Source: Octopus sinensis (Eukaryota). Taken from it: a stretch of 64,000 nucleotides of DNA. The notes under the pieces were generated by a model. It saw only the letters and a list, made by a program, of their open reading frames with translations. It did no database searches and was not told where the DNA came from. Position numbers and translations under genes: made by a program. Every line of letters begins with the position of its first letter. Within the stretch, counting starts at the first letter, position 1. The stretch is taken from contig NC_042997.1 of assembly GCF_006345805.1 (NCBI RefSeq), positions 197,594,001 through 197,658,000 on the forward strand, read 5' to 3'. Shown in pieces: positions 48,839-63,235 of this stretch.

Positions 48839-49716
48839 CGTCGTCGTCGTCGTCGTCGTCGTCATGTCACTGAATACCGGAGCACATTTTCTGTCAGTAA
48901 TAATGTCCGTTAAAACCATCTTCAGGTTTTTACTTTCTTCAACTGAAGTTTTCAGGTCTCGTTGGGAGCTTAAAATGCCAGAAAAAGAAACGAAGAAGAC
49001 CGCATCGTAAACGTGAATTATTCACTGTCTCAAACTACATAACATGCATGATGCATTTAAAAAACCTTATACATAAGGTTTTCAATTGCATCATATATAT
49101 ATACGATGATGATTCGTCAGTCAAGATGAATCCGTTAAGTGGATGGCATGTAATATTTGGTAAAGGATGAAGGAAAGCGAATAAAGACATGTGTACATTA
49201 ATGCTTTAAGAATAACAGAGAGGGACTTAAGAAGAAAAGTTTAAAATGACAGATATTTCAGGAACATCGTTATTGATGATATTACGCATCTGTAAAAGAT
49301 CGATCGACGTTGCCTGCTTTTCAACAGCCAAATAAAATAGACTGTAAATATGGTTACCTCTCAATGCAGTCTTTTAACTGAAGAACTTGTCTAAGACAAT
49401 TCTTTCCACGGTGGTTACATTTAGCGTTTGTTTGTTTGTTTTTTTTTACTTGTTTCAGTCATTGGACTGTGGCCATGCTGGAGCACCGCTTTGAAGGGTT
49501 TTAGTCTGGGGGGAAAAACCCTTGCCTTCCAACGTACATGTTTTCCTTTTTTTTTATGTATGGTACTTATTCTGTCTGTCTCTTTCAGTGAACCGCTAAG
49601 TCCTGAGGAGGTAGACAAAACAACACCAGTAGTTAAGCGTTGTTGAGATACGCACTCACACATACACACACGCGCAGCACACATGTACGCACACATATTC
49701 ACACACCTATGTGTGT

Positions 49717-49748
<32 letters not shown>

Positions 49749-49750
<2 letters not shown>

Positions 49751-50030
49751 GAGGTTGGACAAAATAATGGAAACACCTTGAAATTTATTTTAATATAGGG
49801 TAGGACTATCTTTGGCAGTAATTACAACTTGAATTCTACGAGGTATGGACTCGTACAAAATTGAATTGTTTCCAAAGGAATTTTTGTCCATTCTTCAGCT
49901 AAAACAGTCTTCAGTTCTTGTAGTGATGATGGTGGAGGATATCCACTCCTTACTTGTTTTTCTAAAATGCTCATTATATGTTCAATATTGAGATCTGGGG
50001 ACTGTGGTGGCCAGATAAGATGTATATATA
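49749..50030 (-). mobile_element. Tc1-type transposon 3' end
   Basis: WPPQSPDLN.IE motif; terminal tagaggttggacaaaataatggaaacacc next to TA. Confidence 0.8.
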
Positions 50031-50987
50031 CGACGGGCTTCCACGCAGTTTCCATCTACCAAACACTCACGAGACATTGGTTGACCCGGGTTTAAAGTAT
50101 AAGACTGTTACTTAAGGTGCAGTGCAGTGGGACTGAACCCGAAATCGCGTGGTTGCAAAGCGAGCTTCCTAACTACATAGCATGACCATTTGTTTCTTTG
50201 TTTGTTTTTGATAAAGGGGTGTTTTTGTTGTTTTTGTTTTGTTTTTGTTTGTTTGTTTTTCGTTTGTTATGTTTTGTTTTTTTGCAGTGAAATTCTTCCA
50301 TTGTTCAGACATTCTTATTGTTGTGAAAGAGTAAATAAAAAGCTGTTCTGATCCCTGGTTTCTTCTAATGTTATCGATTTCTGTGATTAAGTATTGATTT
50401 CTTACATACCACTACTGCTTAATAATATAACAAATCAATGCAGGAGCCTCTACGTCGACGCTCGACCTGCTAGAAATAGCAGCCAAATATTTTTCAGATT
50501 ACTCCCTACTGTCTATTAAAATTAAATACATGCTGAATGGAGTAATTCTAGATACGCTAAGCCAGAAAGGGAAGGCGAGATGGTCACGGCTAGAAATCTT
50601 CGATCAAAGGTATTCTCGGTTAGGACTGATCCAAGGTAAAACAATAATATCAACAAGATCTAATATCTCTATGAGTCACTGAAGAAGCCTCTACGTGGTC
50701 ACTCGACCTGCTAGGAATAGCAACCAAATTCCCTTCAAATTATACTTTACTATATTTAGAAAGTAAAGAACTACGTTCCAAGTTTAAATTTGGGCATTCG
50801 TCGTGTGTGAATATAAAATTGAAGAGATTGGAGTCAAGAAGGAGTATGGTTGGACATTTATCTATTATTTACTATAATTGTTTCGACGCAACGTGGTTCT
50901 CCAGGAATGCCAGTATTTGATTATGCAACTGTTTGTTTGCATAATGAGATTTAGTTGTGTTTCCTCAGGCGATATACGAGTATTGTC

Positions 50988-51209
50988 TCCGTTAGTTGAA
51001 AAATCGTCGATTTCACGGCCATCTTCTCTGTTCGTCGTGGTTTGAATTTAGTAGCGGCTAAATGCCAGCCAGCACCATCTACTACCATTCATAGCAGTCC
51101 GACAAATTCGATCTAGTGGCACACACCATGGGTCTATCAGCCGATGCTAAATTCAAACAACGGCGAACAGAGAAGATGGCCTTGAAGTCGACGATTTTAA
51201 ACTAACGGA
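50988..51209. mobile_element. 222-bp MITE with about 70-bp TIRs
   Basis: tccgttagtt...aactaacgga; flanks tattgtc / tatagtc. Confidence 0.75.
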
Positions 51210-52982
51210 TATAGTCATATATTACCTGAAGAAACACTAGATTATATTAAATATAATCACCTACTTCAATGATATTGAGATCTGCTTTTGTTGTTACACA
51301 CGTGGTTTGTCGGTATATGTGTGTGAGAGGAGGTTGTGAGTGTGGTGTGTGTGTGTGTGTGTGTGTGTTATAATAAAAACAATTTTACATTAACGTGAAG
51401 GGTTACTCAATACATTTTGTCGAGTACAAATTTATTATTCTTTAACAAGAATAGTACTGACAGTGACTTCGAAGTTTCTGTCTGTTTAGCTATATATATA
51501 TATCACGCAGATTTGAGAAAGATTACGGCAGCCATTAGATTCCTTTTCTGTCTTTTTTAAAATATAAATTTAAAAAATAAATAATAAGTAAATAATAATA
51601 AATAATAAATAAATAAATAAAAAATAAAATAAAAATAATAAAATAAAATAGAAAATGAAATAAAATTAAAAAATTTAATTAAAATAAAAAATAAATAAAA
51701 AGACAAAGTAGTATTTCGAATCAGAACCACTGAGGGTCCAGGCCTACAATGGACATGGTTCAGCCCCTGAGCATGGCCCGAGATGCCAATGAGAAGCCCA
51801 TGAACATTTCACAGGCCACTTTCCATCCAAATTATCACAGCTTTATTGCAGCCCGAAGATAGTCTTGTTCCGCTTGGCAACAATTCTCTTGAAGACTCTG
51901 CAGAGAACTGTATTTGCCAGTTGGCTGCTATGGAAACCAGGATAATAACACACATAAAACTCCTTCACCGTGGACACAGTGTTGCAACAGTTGCTGTTGT
52001 TGATGTTGCTTTTGTTGTTGTTGTTGTTCTTTTTCTTAAATACAATCGGTTTTTTTTTAATCTAATAAATGATGTAATGATATCACCGTTTATATGTTAC
52101 ACATTGTCTTTATTAAGAACGAAATCATGCGGTATAACTTCTGATGTCTTATGACAAATTTTCAACACTAAGCAGCTCTGTATACGTATGATTTATAATC
52201 TTTTTCTTGTAACATTTTATAACATTTTCCAATGATTTACAATCCCCAGTTTTTTGGTTTTTCTCAAATAGAGAACAACAGTTAGCCGAAGTAATTGAGT
52301 ATCGGCTTCCTTTTGGTGCCTGCTCGGTTGTATGCTTTGTATGTTTTTATGTTTAACACGTATGCCTTATTTGAGTTTTGCTATGCTAATATTACTTTTA
52401 AAAACAAAAACAAACTTTATTGACAGGTTTTATTAAAATATTTCCCCCGAAACAACAAGAATCCTAAACAGCAAATTGTTTAACCAATAACAAAAATGCT
52501 AACACAGGAACGTATTCTAGCGAGTGATTCGATCGGTATTCGGTTGTTTAAATTAAAACTGTTGCCCAGTGAGGGACGTCAGGGAACGATCGTTACTCTA
52601 GCGTGTAACAAATGAAGCGAAGATGAGAGGCGAGGGAAGGGATGGGGTATAGAAAACTCATATTGTTTGTTGTGGCGTACAAACAATCAATAAATACTTA
52701 CTGCAGTAAAATCCATGATTGCAATAACACGAATGGAAGTTGTGTGATAGGAGAATGTGGTTTTAATAGTACTGATGGTTCTTTAACTCTTTTGCTGATT
52801 TCGGCGACTGGACTGCGGCCATACTGGAACACTACCTTCAAGAGCGCCATGTCGGCACTCAGTACTTATTTAATTGATTTCTATTTATCGAAGTGCTTGG
52901 GTTATGGGACATAGAAAGGCACGTTATAAACAAAACATCGGTTTTCATTGTAGGATAAAGCAAGAGCACACACATACACATA

Positions 52983-53430
52983 TATTTCTTTACTGCCCAC
53001 AAGGGGCTAAACACTGAGGGGACAAACAAGGACAGACAAAGGAATTAAGTCGATTATATCTACCCCAATGCGAAACTTGTACTTTATTTATCGACCCCGA
53101 AAGGATGAAAGGCAAAGTCGACCTCGGCGGTATTTGAACTCAGAACGTAACGACAGACGAAATACCTATTTCTTTACTACCCACAAGGGGCTAAACACAG
53201 AGGGAACAAACAAGGACAGACAAACGGATTAAGTCGATTATATCGACCCCAGTGCGTAACTGGTACTTAATTTATCGACCCCAGTGCGTAACTGGTACTT
53301 ATTTAATCGACCCCGAAAGGATGAACGGCAAAGTCGACCTCGACGGAATTTGAATTCAGAACGTAACGACAGACGAAATACCGCTAAGCATTTCGTCCAG
53401 TGCGCTAACGTTTCTGCCAGCTTGCCGCCC
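52983..53430 (-). mobile_element. Dimeric SINE with an internal 32-bp slippage duplication
   Basis: Two bodies plus one head; cgaccccagtgcgtaactggtactta repeated at about 53245-53300. Confidence 0.85.
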
Positions 53431-54106
53431 TACATATAATGCACACAAGCACACACACGCAAGCACATTTGTATGTGTGCGTATGTCATTATTCAGTTTT
53501 ATTTCAAGACTTCTTGTCAATAGAGAAAGAGCTGGTTTCTAACCTAGATCCAAGACTCCTTCATTGGAATTTCAACATTAACAACAGGGTATTTTTGTAT
53601 GTATGTATGTATGTATGTATGTATACTCATTTACTCATTCTCATTTACTCATTCTCATTTACTCATTTACTTGTTTCAGTCATTTGACTGCGGCCATGCT
53701 GGAGCACCGCCTTTAGTCGAGCAAATCTACCCCGGGACTTATTCTTTGTAAGCCCAGTCTCTTTTGCCGAACCGCTAAGTGACGGGGACGTAAACACACC
53801 AGCATCGGTTGTCAAGCAATGCTAGGGGGGGCAAACATAGACACACAAACACATACACACACACACACTTATATATATATACATATATACGACAGGCTTC
53901 TTTCAGTTTCCGTCTACCAAATCCACTCACAAGGCATTGGTCGGCCCAGGGCTATAGCAGAAGACACTTGCCCAAGGTGCCACGCAGTGGGACTGAACCT
54001 AGGACGATGAGGTTGGTTAGCAAGCTACTTACCACACAGCCACTCCTGCGCCTATGTATGTATGTATATATATGTATGTATACAGTATTCAGTGACATGA
54101 CTACTG

Positions 54107-54175
<69 letters not shown>

Positions 54176-54658
54176 TCACCACCATGGTGAGGAGGTCAGC
54201 AATAGACGTTACTGTGCAAGAGGAGACATATGAGGCCTCACACCCTTTGGATCAGCGAAGGTCAAATGTGTTTACTACTCCGTGCGATCAGTGAGAACAC
54301 TTGTTCTCTCTCTCTATCTATTTATCTATCTATATCTATCTATTTATCTCTCTCTCTCTCTCTCTCTCTCTCCTCCTCTCTCTCCTCCTCTCTTCTCTCT
54401 CCTCTCTATATATATTATATATATATATATATATATCTTTACTCTTTACTCATTTAATTGTTTCAGTCATTTGACTGCGGCCATGCTGGAGCACCGCCTT
54501 TAGTCGAGCAACTCGACCCCGGGACTTATTCTTTTTGTAAGCCCAGTACTTATTCTATCGGTCTCTTTTGCCGAACCGCTAAGTAAACATACCAGCATCG
54601 TTGTCAAGCAATGCTAGGGGAACAAACACAGACACACACACACACACACACACACACA

Positions 54659-54720
<62 letters not shown>

Positions 54721-54834
54721 TAATATTCACATCGTTGAATTTGTTAATTTCTGAATTTTTTCTTCCCTTTCTTTTTATAGTTTTACTGTGGTTTACAGTT
54801 TTTGTAATTGTACCGTTTGTATATATTGGCAGAC

Positions 54835-56342
54835 TTAGTTAGTTAGTTAGTTAGTTAGTTAATTTGGCTCAAAAGCAATAGCAAGGCCATGTAGGGGGAC
54901 ATGGAGTTTAGTACAGGGTGGTGTTCATGTAAAGAGTTCAGGCCACTTGAGGTCCAGGGAGGCTTTGAACAAAGCGATCGTCGGTATCTTCACCATCTCG
55001 TCTGGCAGCTTGTTCCACGGATCCGCAACCCGGACGGAGAAAGCTCCTCTCCTTCGATTGAGATGAAATCATCGCAGGTAGAGCTTTTCGGAATGACCCT
55101 GCAGCCGACGCTCTGGAGCAGGAGTGAAGAACAGCTCTTTCGAGAGGTCACTTTCCGCTTATGATGTTGTGGGCGAGAATGAGATCACCACGGCGGCGGC
55201 GTTTTTTCAAGAGAATAAAGGTCGAGCGTCCTCAGCCTTTCTTCGTAGGACAAATTTTTGAGACCATGAACCATGCGGGTAGCCAGCTTCTGGACTCTTT
55301 CGAGATGATGTATGTATTTGAGGAGATAAGGAGAAGAGGCTTGAATCCCATACTCCAGTATGGGTCTCACCAGCGTGACATAGAGTGGTAGGAATATGGC
55401 TGCTGTGAGCATTCCGAATGACCGTCGAATCAAGAACAGAATTCCGCGTGCTTTGTTGGCTGCATGGACGCACTGGGCCGAAGGCGAAAAGGAGGAATCC
55501 ACCAAGATACCCAGGTCCTTTACCTGATCGGTCCTCTCCAGCAGCAGACGACCCGGCTCGAAATCAAGTTGAGTTGCACGAGTAGAGCCGACAGGCAGAT
55601 GACAGCACTTTGACACGTTCAGACACAGGTCCCAATCGTTAGACCACTTCCAAATTTGGTGGAGGCATCGACGAAGATCCTCTATATTACCGCGAGGAGC
55701 GACCAGTTTGATATCGTCGGCAAATAGAAGGGTGTGTTGCGTGAGGTCGTCGGGTAAGTCATTTATGAAGACTAAGACAACAAGGGCCCCGCACTGAACC
55801 TTGAGGCACGCCACTGCTCACACTGGAGACGTCGCACCGCGAACCATTAACTGGACTTGGAAGGAGCGATCTGAGAGGAAGGCACCAACCCATCGTATAA
55901 TATCCGATGGAAACTATATGCTTGAAGCTTGACAAGTAATAGGCGGTGGTTTACCGAGTCAAAAGCTTTGGCAAAGTCCAATAAAACGATGTCAACACAT
56001 CACTATCATCGAGGATGCGCGTCACCAATTCTTCCATTACTAGTAAGTTGGTCAAGCATGATCTCTTCGGCACGAAGCCGTGTTGGGAATCAGAGATAGA
56101 GGCTGTGTTTAGGAGGTGAGCATCATACTTTTCTTAAGGATGGTTTCGAACATCTTGCTGATTATTGATGTAAGGGAAACCGGTCGGTAGTTAAGCGGGT
56201 CTTCGCGGCTCCCTTTCTTGAAAATTGGGCAGATTATCGCTGTTCTCCAGTCTGCAGGTATAACACCCGTCGCCAATGACATATTGAATAGTCGTGTTAA
56301 GGGCTCGCAGATGACCGGAGCCAACGCTTTGATAACCCGTGG
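54835..56342 (-). mobile_element. CR1-type LINE, longest copy (1.5 kb, degraded RT)
   Basis: PIFKKGSREDPLNYRPVSLTSI, LLDFAKAFDSV, LLFADDIKL, KDLGILVD motifs with frameshifts. Confidence 0.93.
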
Positions 56343-57309
56343 TTACTTCCTTAACTTTTTTTATCGTGCATTTAATTGCGTTGTTGCAATAAAAGGTATG
56401 TTTACAAATTCGGGTAGCCAGGGAGAAAAGAAAGATAAAATTGTCACACAAAATTGTAGATATTACAGTTTTAAGTTAAAGAAGACAGTAGTGTTTTTGC
56501 AATAAAAAGGATGTTTACATTTTTTAATACTCAAGGAGAAAGGAAAGAAAAGAAAAGGAGGGTAAAATTTTCACAGAAAATTGTAAATTAAAGTTTTAAA
56601 ATTTACTAAATGTGATCTTTTGTGTATCCGAAAAGAGAAAACTATAGTGTTCTTAGAATAAAAAGGATGTTTAAATTTTCGAATACTCAGGCAGAAAGGA
56701 ATGGATAAGTATTCACAGAAGTTAGGCGCAGGAGTGGCTGTGTGGTAAGTAGCTTGCCTACCAACCACATGGTTCTGGGTTCAGTCCCACTGCGTGGCAT
56801 CTTGGGCAAGTGTCTTCTGCTATAGCCTCGGGCCGACCAATGCCTTGTGAGTGGATTTGGTAGACGGAAACTGAAAGAAGCCTGTCGTATATATGTATAT
56901 ATGTGTATGTATGTGTATGTATATGTTTGTGTGTCTGTGTTTGTCCCTCTAGCATTGCTTGACAACCATGCTGGTGTGTTTACACGTCCCCGTTACTTAG
57001 CGGTTCGGCAAAAGAGACCGATAGAATAAGTACTGGGCTTACAAAGATAAGTCCCGGGGTCGATTTGCTCGACTAAAGGCGGTGCTCCACATGACCGCAG
57101 TCATATGACTGAAACAAGTAAAAGAGTATATTAAAGTTTTTAAAGCTGATCGTTTTGGTGTTCGAAAACTGTAGATATGTAAGTTTCTTAACTTATTTTG
57201 AGGGAAATCTAAAATGCTCACAGGAAATTGTAGATATTCCAGTCTTTGAGAGTTATTTTTCTGTTGTCCTGCTGGGTTGTATTAGTGTTTCTATGTCTTC
57301 GACTGCTGA

Positions 57310-57430
57310 CTGGCCAGAGCAGCAAGGAACACGTCCAGCCGCTGTCAAGGCTGGCGCTCTCTTTGAGGCATTGTAAAAAAAAAAATCATACAAACATTTC
57401 TATAGCTTGGATTGACTTTAAGAAGGCATA
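57310..57430 (+). mobile_element. Small R4/Dong-type RT fragment
   Basis: CKKKNHTNISIAWIDFKKA resembles the AWIDYKKA RT motif. Confidence 0.6.
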
Positions 57431-57598
57431 AAACTTGGTGCATCATATGGTGCCTTCGAACCTTTCGCGGTCGATAAAATAAGTACCAGTTGTGTACTAG
57501 TGTCGATGTAATTGACTGTCCCCCTCCTCCAGATTTCAGGCCTATATTAGAAAGGATTATTATCGTAATAGTAGCCATGTATGATATCATTTCATCCT

Positions 57599-57647
<49 letters not shown>

Positions 57648-59110
57648 ACACGAATTCACATCGAGAATCTTGCAAGCCAAATTAAAAAACGAAGTATTAA
57701 GTATATATAGGTATGTATGTTTGTATACACACTACGGGCTTCAACACAGTATCCGTCTACCAAATTAATTCACAAGATATTTCCCGACCCCGGGGCTATA
57801 GTTGAAGACACTTGACCAGAATGCTGCGCCGTTGGACTGAACACGAAGACACGTGGTTGCAAAGCGAACCACTTAGCCACAAAACCGTATGTACGTCAGA
57901 TTTTGCAAAATGTAAAAGCATATTTTTGTCGCCACGTCTGGAATTGTAATTCTTATGCTCTCATGCAACTATTAGATTGCCTTCAAGAAAATATCATTTA
58001 TTAAAGAAACATGCTATCAGAAACTGCCTCAAATTTCCGATTCGCCTTCTAGCCAGTTCATATCTTTCTCTCACGTTTGTTTGATGGATGGTTCTTTCTT
58101 GAGAAAACAAATAATAATCGATATGCAGACAGTTGTTTTTTTTTTAAACCTGGTTACCAATCTGAATTTTGTTCGTGCTTCTTGAGAAAGAATATAAAAA
58201 AGAAATGTCGTGTTAATGTTAGATTTGTGAATTAAGTGGAGAAATGCTCGTTTTAAACTCCAAAAGTAAACAAGTATTATTAGATACGTTCAGTCCAGAT
58301 TAAATTACTTATAACGATAAAAAATAATTTGAAGATTTCAAAACACATTTATTAGAGTCGAAAATACAATGCGTCTATACGTAGTCACTCGACTTACTAG
58401 AAATAGCAATAAAATATCCTTGAACATACACCCAGTCGTTTTAAGAAGGAAAGGACACATTTGATAATGTCAACCGAGATATGCAATGCCCAAGAGAGGA
58501 ACAGGTTGGTTATGGGTCGAATGATATCCAACATAGGATTGATATGGGGACAAAAACAAAAACAACAAACTCAACAACAGAAACTGTTTAACTACCACAA
58601 ATCGAACTCCTCTGAATTCTTTTCTACTCTAGGTACAAGGCCCGAAAATTTTGGCGAGGGGCCCCAGTAAACTAGATCAACCCCAGTACGCACCCAGTAC
58701 TTAATTTATTGACCCCGAAAGGATGAAAGGCAAAGTCATCCTCGGTGGAATTTAAACTCAGAACGTAAAGGTAGACGAAATACCACTAAGTACTTCACCC
58801 GGCGTGCTAATGTTTCTACCAACTCACCGACTTCAAGAACTTCTCTAAATTCGATTGATCTCTATGTTAATCCATATTGAATATAAAATATTAACATGAG
58901 CATACAATCTGAACCTGATGAATGCTTAAATGCAAGAAAGTATACTAGTTCAATGGGAATAGACATTTAATATTTAATTTTCAATATTCCATTTGTTCAA
59001 TAAGACAATCAATACATTTCATTTCTTTCTTCTATATCCTATATTAATATTATAAGAATATAAATAAAACATAAAATACAGACAGAGTTGGAATTCATTA
59101 GAGTAATATA

Positions 59111-59182
<72 letters not shown>

Positions 59183-59780
59183 GTATGTCGTATGTAGGAG
59201 TGGTTTTACGGTAAAAAGTTTGCTTCTCAACTACATGGTTCAGTTCAAATGCGTAGAACCTGGGGCAAGTGTCTTCTACTATAGCCCCAGGCCGATCAAT
59301 GTCTTGTGAGTGAATTTGGTAGACGGAAACAGCGTGGAATTCATTGCTTTAGGGGGAAAATTTGTATTGGAGAAAAGATTGGTATAAACATTGGGTTACC
59401 ATTTTAATGAGTAATTAAACTCAATCTCTATAAAAGAAAAGAGGAAGCGTTCCGAATTGCTAATATAAACCACTAATTAAAAATGTACTCTTTGTATCGT
59501 GTATTAAGTTGTTAATTTCCTGAAATGATAAAGGAATCCATTATTGCTTCGCCAGAACATTAAAGGAAATCACATTAAGAGTCATCGATATTATTTATTA
59601 TTTTAATCTAAACTAACAACCAAATAAAGCTAAATTGAAGTCAGAAAAATATTAAACAGAACGTGTTTTTCAGATTTTAGTGAAACCATCAACTAAATTA
59701 GGAATTGGACAAACTCAAACAATTACATTGTAATTAGTTTCTGTGTCCTTAATCGGTTTAATTGGTATAATTGTTATTTA

Positions 59781-60565
59781 AAGCGGCGAGCTGGTAGAAA
59801 CGTTAACACGCCGGGCGAAATGCTTAGCGGTATTTCGTCTGCCGTTACGTTCTGAGTTCAAATTCCGCCGAGGTCCACTTTGCCTTTCATCCTTTCGGGG
59901 TCGATTAAATAAGTACCAGTTACGCACTGGGGCCTATATAATCGACTTAATCCGTTTGTCTGTACTTGTTTGTCCTCTCTGTGTTTAGCCCCTTGTGGGT
60001 AGTAAAGAAATAGGTATTTCGTCTGCCGTTACGTTCTGAGTTCAAATTCCGCCGAGGTCGACTTTGCCTTTTATCCTTTCGGGGTCGAGAAATCAAGTAC
60101 CAGTTATGCACTGGGGTCGATGTAATCGACTTAACCCATGTGTCTGTCCTTGTTTGTCCCCTCTGTGCTTAGCCCCTTGTGGGTAGTAAAGAAATAGGTA
60201 TTTCGTCTGCCGTTACGTTCTGAGTTCAAATTCCGCCAAGGTCGACTTTGCCTTTCATCCTTTCGGAGTCGATAAATTAAGTACCAGTTACGCACAAAGG
60301 GTCGATGTAATCGACTTAATCCGTTTGTCTGTCCTTGTTTGTCCCCTCTGTGTTTTGCCCCTTGTGGCTAGTAAAGAAATAGGTATTTCGTCTGCCGCTA
60401 CGTTCTGAGTTCAAATTCCGCCGAGGTCGACTTTGCCTTTCATCCTTTCAGGATCGATTCAATAAGTAGCAGTTCCGCACTGGGGTCGATATAATCGACT
60501 TAATCCTTTTGTCTGTCCTTGTTTGTCCCCTCTATGTTTAGCCCCTTGTGGGTAGTAAAGAAATA
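59781..60565 (+). mobile_element. Tetrameric SINE: one head plus four 184-bp bodies, 17-bp TSD
   Basis: Body starts at 59829, 60013, 60197, 60382; TSD ggtataattgttattta at 59764-59780 and 60566-60582. Confidence 0.93.
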
Positions 60566-61428
60566 GGTATAATTGTTATTTACATTTTCAAGATTTAATA
60601 TGAAAATTTCACAAAGTGTAATCCGTTTTCTGCCTCAACAACATAAGGTATTTCTGACAGTTTCAAACAAGCAATAAGTACATGCATAGCTGTGTGGTTA
60701 AGAAACACGTTTTGCTTATTATGTGGTGTCAGGTTCAGTCTCACTGCGTGGCACCTTGGGCAAGTGTCTTCTACAATGCCCAATGCTTTAAGTGTGAATT
60801 TGGTATGCAGAAAATGTGAAGAAGACTCGTATATATATATATATATATATGTGTGTGTAGGTGTGTCTTTGCGTCAGTGTGTCTTTGCACCCCCTTGCCG
60901 TGCTTATCAACCGTTGTTGGTTTGTGTACATTCCCTTAAGTTAGCGTTTCAGCAAAAGGATTCGATAGAATAAGTATCAGACTAAGAAAACTGGAGTCGA
61001 TCTGTTCGACTCTTTTACTTGTTTTAGTCATTTGACTTCGGCCATGCTGGAGCACCGCGTTTAGTCGAGGAAATCGACCCCAGGACTTATTCTTTGTAAG
61101 CCAAGTACTTATTCTATCGTTTCTTTTGCCGAACCGCTAAGTTACGGGACGTAAACACACCAGCATTGGTGTTCAAGCGAGTTGTATTGTGTGTGTGGAG
61201 GGGAACAAACAAACACACACACATATAACCATAATCCTCCTCTGTAATTTATATTAATATTTATTAATAAATATAATAAAATACTATATTAATATTTATA
61301 TTAATAATTACTCTAACCCACCATATCTCACCTACCTATAACCTCTCCACCCTCACAAGTGGTGTTCTTTCTCTTCTCTCATTTTTCCTCTTCAGCCAAA
61401 AGCTCTTAACCGGACACTAACCTATCAA

Positions 61429-61460
<32 letters not shown>

Positions 61461-62689
61461 CATCTATTCAATTCCATACACTTCTGCATACCTTAGTACT
61501 CCCCTTCCAATACCAACCCACATTCATCATTCCACTAACCACTGCTATCTTGACCACCGACTCACCCCCACTTTGTCCACCCCCTCTATCTTCTCTCATA
61601 CCTTTCTACATACCTCAGTAATCTCCCTTTGCCACCGAACTGAACACTTCTCTCAAATAATTGCCATTACTTTTCTCACGATCTCAACTTTCAATAATTT
61701 TATACCTATTTACCATAAACTGTGACAACCCCAACATAACAGACCACCATTCAAATACTACCTACCCTACCCTCCTAGTCATCTCCCAACTCTTCACCTC
61801 TTATTTCTTTATTGCCCACAAGGGGTTAAACATAGAGGGGACAAACAAGGACAGACAAACGGATTAAGTCGATTATATCAACTCCAGTGCGTAACTGGTA
61901 CTTAATTTATCGACTCCGAAAGGATGAAAGACAAAGTCGACCTCGGCGGAATTTGAACCCAGAACGTAACAGCAGACGAAATACGGTTACGCATTTCGCC
62001 CGGCGTGCCAACGTTTCTACCAGCTCGCCACCTTACCTGTACTTAGTACCTTCATTATTAACCCCTCACTCTTCTTTAACTATCTTTTCCCCTCTCACCA
62101 TTCCCTGTTTGAACACCCCTCATAACCCCACCGACATTCCTACTTCCCTTCTCTAATGCAACTTGCTTTCCATATTTAATCATTCCATCTTTGAACTTCT
62201 CTGCATTAAGATCTAAAATGTAATACCTTCTCTACCTTGATGTCGGAGGCTCATCTCATCCAATGTTAATTGCAACCATACGGCTGCATATTGTAATGAA
62301 CTACATTTGCCACCTTTATTATGGATCGCCGAGCGCCCAGAAGCAGCTGTTGGACTTATAACACCTTTCGTCCACTTCTTTAGTTTTGTCTGTCGTTCGT
62401 ACTCTGTGTAAGTTTAACTTATTAATATGAATATCTGTATATTTATACTTAAATAGTCATCATTTGAAAGTCTCTACCCTTTGATTTATCTCCTTTTGCA
62501 TGTATACACAACTTTTACCTTTTGCTTGTTTCAGTCATTAGACCGCGGTCATATTGGGGCACCACCTTGAACATATATACATATTTTATATTTCATACTC
62601 AAACTATTATATTTAATATATTTAATATATTTAATGTGTCTAATTTATCTATCCGCATAATTGCCGGTCTCGCTTTCTCTCTTGCTCTT

Positions 62690-62732
<43 letters not shown>

Positions 62733-62744
62733 CTGAGAATAGGA

Positions 62745-63140
62745 AGCCAGGCATAGTCTTAATTGAGAAAGAAAACAAACTATGCTGGATCAGAGATATA
62801 GCATGCCCAGCTGACAACAAGGAATGCGATAAGGAATAAAGAAAAGTTGAGAGATATGACAGGTTAGCTTGGGAAGTTAAGCAGCTGTGGTCGATGAAAA
62901 AGGTAGTAGTAGTACCAATAATTGTCGTAGCCCTGGGAAAAATGAGCAAAAATCTCGAGAAGTACGTGGAACAAATAGGGGCTGCAATAAGGGTGGAACA
63001 CTTGCAGAAACCAGCACTGCTTGGAACCGCTCCAATATTCCGGAAGGTGCTCGAAAAATAAATGTTGTTAGCTTAGTTCACTGGTATTGAACAGCTGACA
63101 CTGTGGTACATCTCCAGCGTTAAAAACTGTGCAAAGGCAG
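62745..63140 (+). mobile_element. R4/Dong-type LINE 3' end with (TAA)n tail
   Basis: Colinear with 44165-44565. Confidence 0.88.
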
Positions 63141-63142
63141 TA

Positions 63143-63195
<53 letters not shown>

Positions 63196-63199
63196 CGAT

Positions 63200-63235
<36 letters not shown>

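Noticed and set aside
48880-49020. Open minus-strand frame SQRDLKTSVEESKNLKMVLTDII
   Set aside because: No recognisable homology, no good donor, and it runs into a microsatellite.
61300-62160. Strongly G-poor plus-strand region
   Set aside because: No sustained ORF or repeat unit identified by eye; probably a decayed low-complexity or LINE-derived tract.
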